Part shown: one piece after another, positions 19,793 through 20,849 of the stretch | How positions within the stretch are numbered: the first letter of the stretch is position 1 | How the letters are laid out: each line of letters begins with the position of its first letter | NCBI GenBank assembly: GCA_048938005.1 | Contig: JBHLMQ010000017.1 | Coordinates: forward strand, 1-20,849 | Direction: 5' to 3' | Length of the DNA: 20,849 bases | Source of the DNA: Promethearchaeota archaeon | GTDB taxonomy: Archaea > Asgardarchaeota > Lokiarchaeia > Sigyniarchaeales > SOKP01 | Made by a program: the position numbers and the translations under genes | Notes under the pieces: model-generated | Databases searched by the model: none | What the model was told of the DNA's origin: nothing | What the model saw: the letters and a program-made list of their open reading frames with translations, nothing else

Positions 19793-20849
19793 ATGAGTTC
19801 TGAAGAAAAATTTTCATGGGAATTTTTAAAAAATGTAGCTGATGCATTAGATTCATATAGGATTCGAGCTCTAATTGATGCTAAGCAAGATATATTAGAT
19901 GCGGGAATTTATGATGAATCTCAATACGAAACTATACTTTTTAAAATGTTTGATAATGAAAGATTAAAATATTCCCTTTTCGATTTTTTAAAGAACAATT
20001 CTCATAACAATTTTGAAATAATTACTAAATTTTCTAAAAAGAACTCTATTGATGTTTATAAAACTTTGAGTTTATTAGAGTTATTAAAAAACGAGAAACT
20101 TGTTATAATTGAAGAATCATATGATAAAATTGAAGGTGATGAAAATACTCCTGATAAACTCATATTTAAAGATATGAATATAAAACCTAATGGAAATCAG
20201 ATTTCAGAATTGAAATCTATCTATGAACCAGTAAAAGTTATATTTGAATCCAAGAACTGTTCTGGCTGTGGATTGTGTGCAGCAATCTGTCCGGTAAACT
20301 GTCTTCATATCTACAATGGATTTGGGAAAATTGATGAAGATAAGTGCATTCGATGTGGATTATGTTATTATGTTTGTCCAAGGACGTACCTACCCATGAA
20401 AGTTTTAAATATGGTACAAGAAAATATTGCTGAAATTAAAGATTACACTAGAGTTGGCCCCTATTTAGAAACCTATTCAGCAAGAACAAAAATAAAGGAT
20501 ATATCAGAAGTTTGCCAAGATGGTGGGATTTCAAGTACTTGTATACACTACTTATTAGATAAAAAGAAAATCGATTTTGCTATTGGAGCTAAAATGAGTA
20601 ATACACTATGGCGACCTGAACCATTAATAATTAAAAATAAAGAAGATGTTATTTCAACTGCAGGTACAAAATATGTTAATAATCCTAACTTACAGTTATT
20701 AAACCAAAATGAACTTAAAGACAAAAAAATCGCTGTAGTTGGAGTACCTTGTCAAATGCAAGCTCTTCTGAAATCTAAAATCTATGATATTGGATTTCCC
20801 TCAATAAATAATGTAGAATACCGAATTGGTATCTTTTGTATGGAATCTT
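19793..20849 (+). CDS. Coenzyme F420 hydrogenase/dehydrogenase beta-subunit (FrhB/FdhB family) with a ~150-aa N-terminal extension and 2x[4Fe-4S] domain; 3'-truncated by the window; absent from the ORF track
   Basis: Manual translation: MSSEEKFSWEFLKNVADAL...CSGCGLCAAICP..CIRCGLCYYVCPR...CQDGGISSTCIHYLL...STAGTKY...AVVGVPCQMQAL...IGIFCMES. QDGG, AGTKY, VGxPCQ and IGxFCME are FrhB hallmarks. Open to the window end. Confidence 0.9.
   Translation, partial: MSSEEKFSWEFLKNVADALDSYRIRALIDAKQDILDAGIYDESQYETILFKMFDNERLKYSLFDFLKNNSHNNFEIITKFSKKNSIDVYKTLSLLELLKNEKLVIIEESYDKIEGDENTPDKLIFKDMNIKPNGNQISELKSIYEPVKVIFESKNCSGCGLCAAICPVNCLHIYNGFGKIDEDKCIRCGLCYYVCPRTYLPMKVLNMVQENIAEIKDYTRVGPYLETYSARTKIKDISEVCQDGGISSTCIHYLLDKKKIDFAIGAKMSNTLWRPEPLIIKNKEDVISTAGTKYVNNPNLQLLNQNELKDKKIAVVGVPCQMQALLKSKIYDIGFPSINNVEYRIGIFCMES

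Overview
Very AT-rich archaeal window, almost certainly from an Asgard archaeon (Lokiarchaeia-like). The evidence is a Rab-like small GTPase, a histone with a Lys-rich N-terminal tail, and selenocysteine (Sec)-type HdrA/MvhD. The left and middle parts hold mostly housekeeping and metabolic genes: NDP-forming acyl-CoA synthetase, Fe-S protein, GH2 beta-galactosidase, kinase-like DUF6206, 2-hydroxyacid dehydrogenase, ThpR, HAD, DUF211, DUF2299, HIT, histone, TrmB, Rab-like GTPase, CofC-like protein, a coiled-coil protein and SerRS. The main signal is a recoded operon at the right end that the ORF track breaks up or misses. hdrA (17245-19248) has two in-frame UGA codons at conserved Cys positions. 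mvhD/vhuD (19271-19699) has two more. A structured 93-nt spacer (SECIS candidate) follows, then an F420-binding FrhB/FdhB-like gene with an unusual N-terminal extension, in frame with mvhD and separated from it by a single UAG. A second possible recoding site (UUU-UGA +1 shift, or a non-AUG start) lies at the 5' end of the HIT gene. Family assignments come from motif recognition only; no searches were run.
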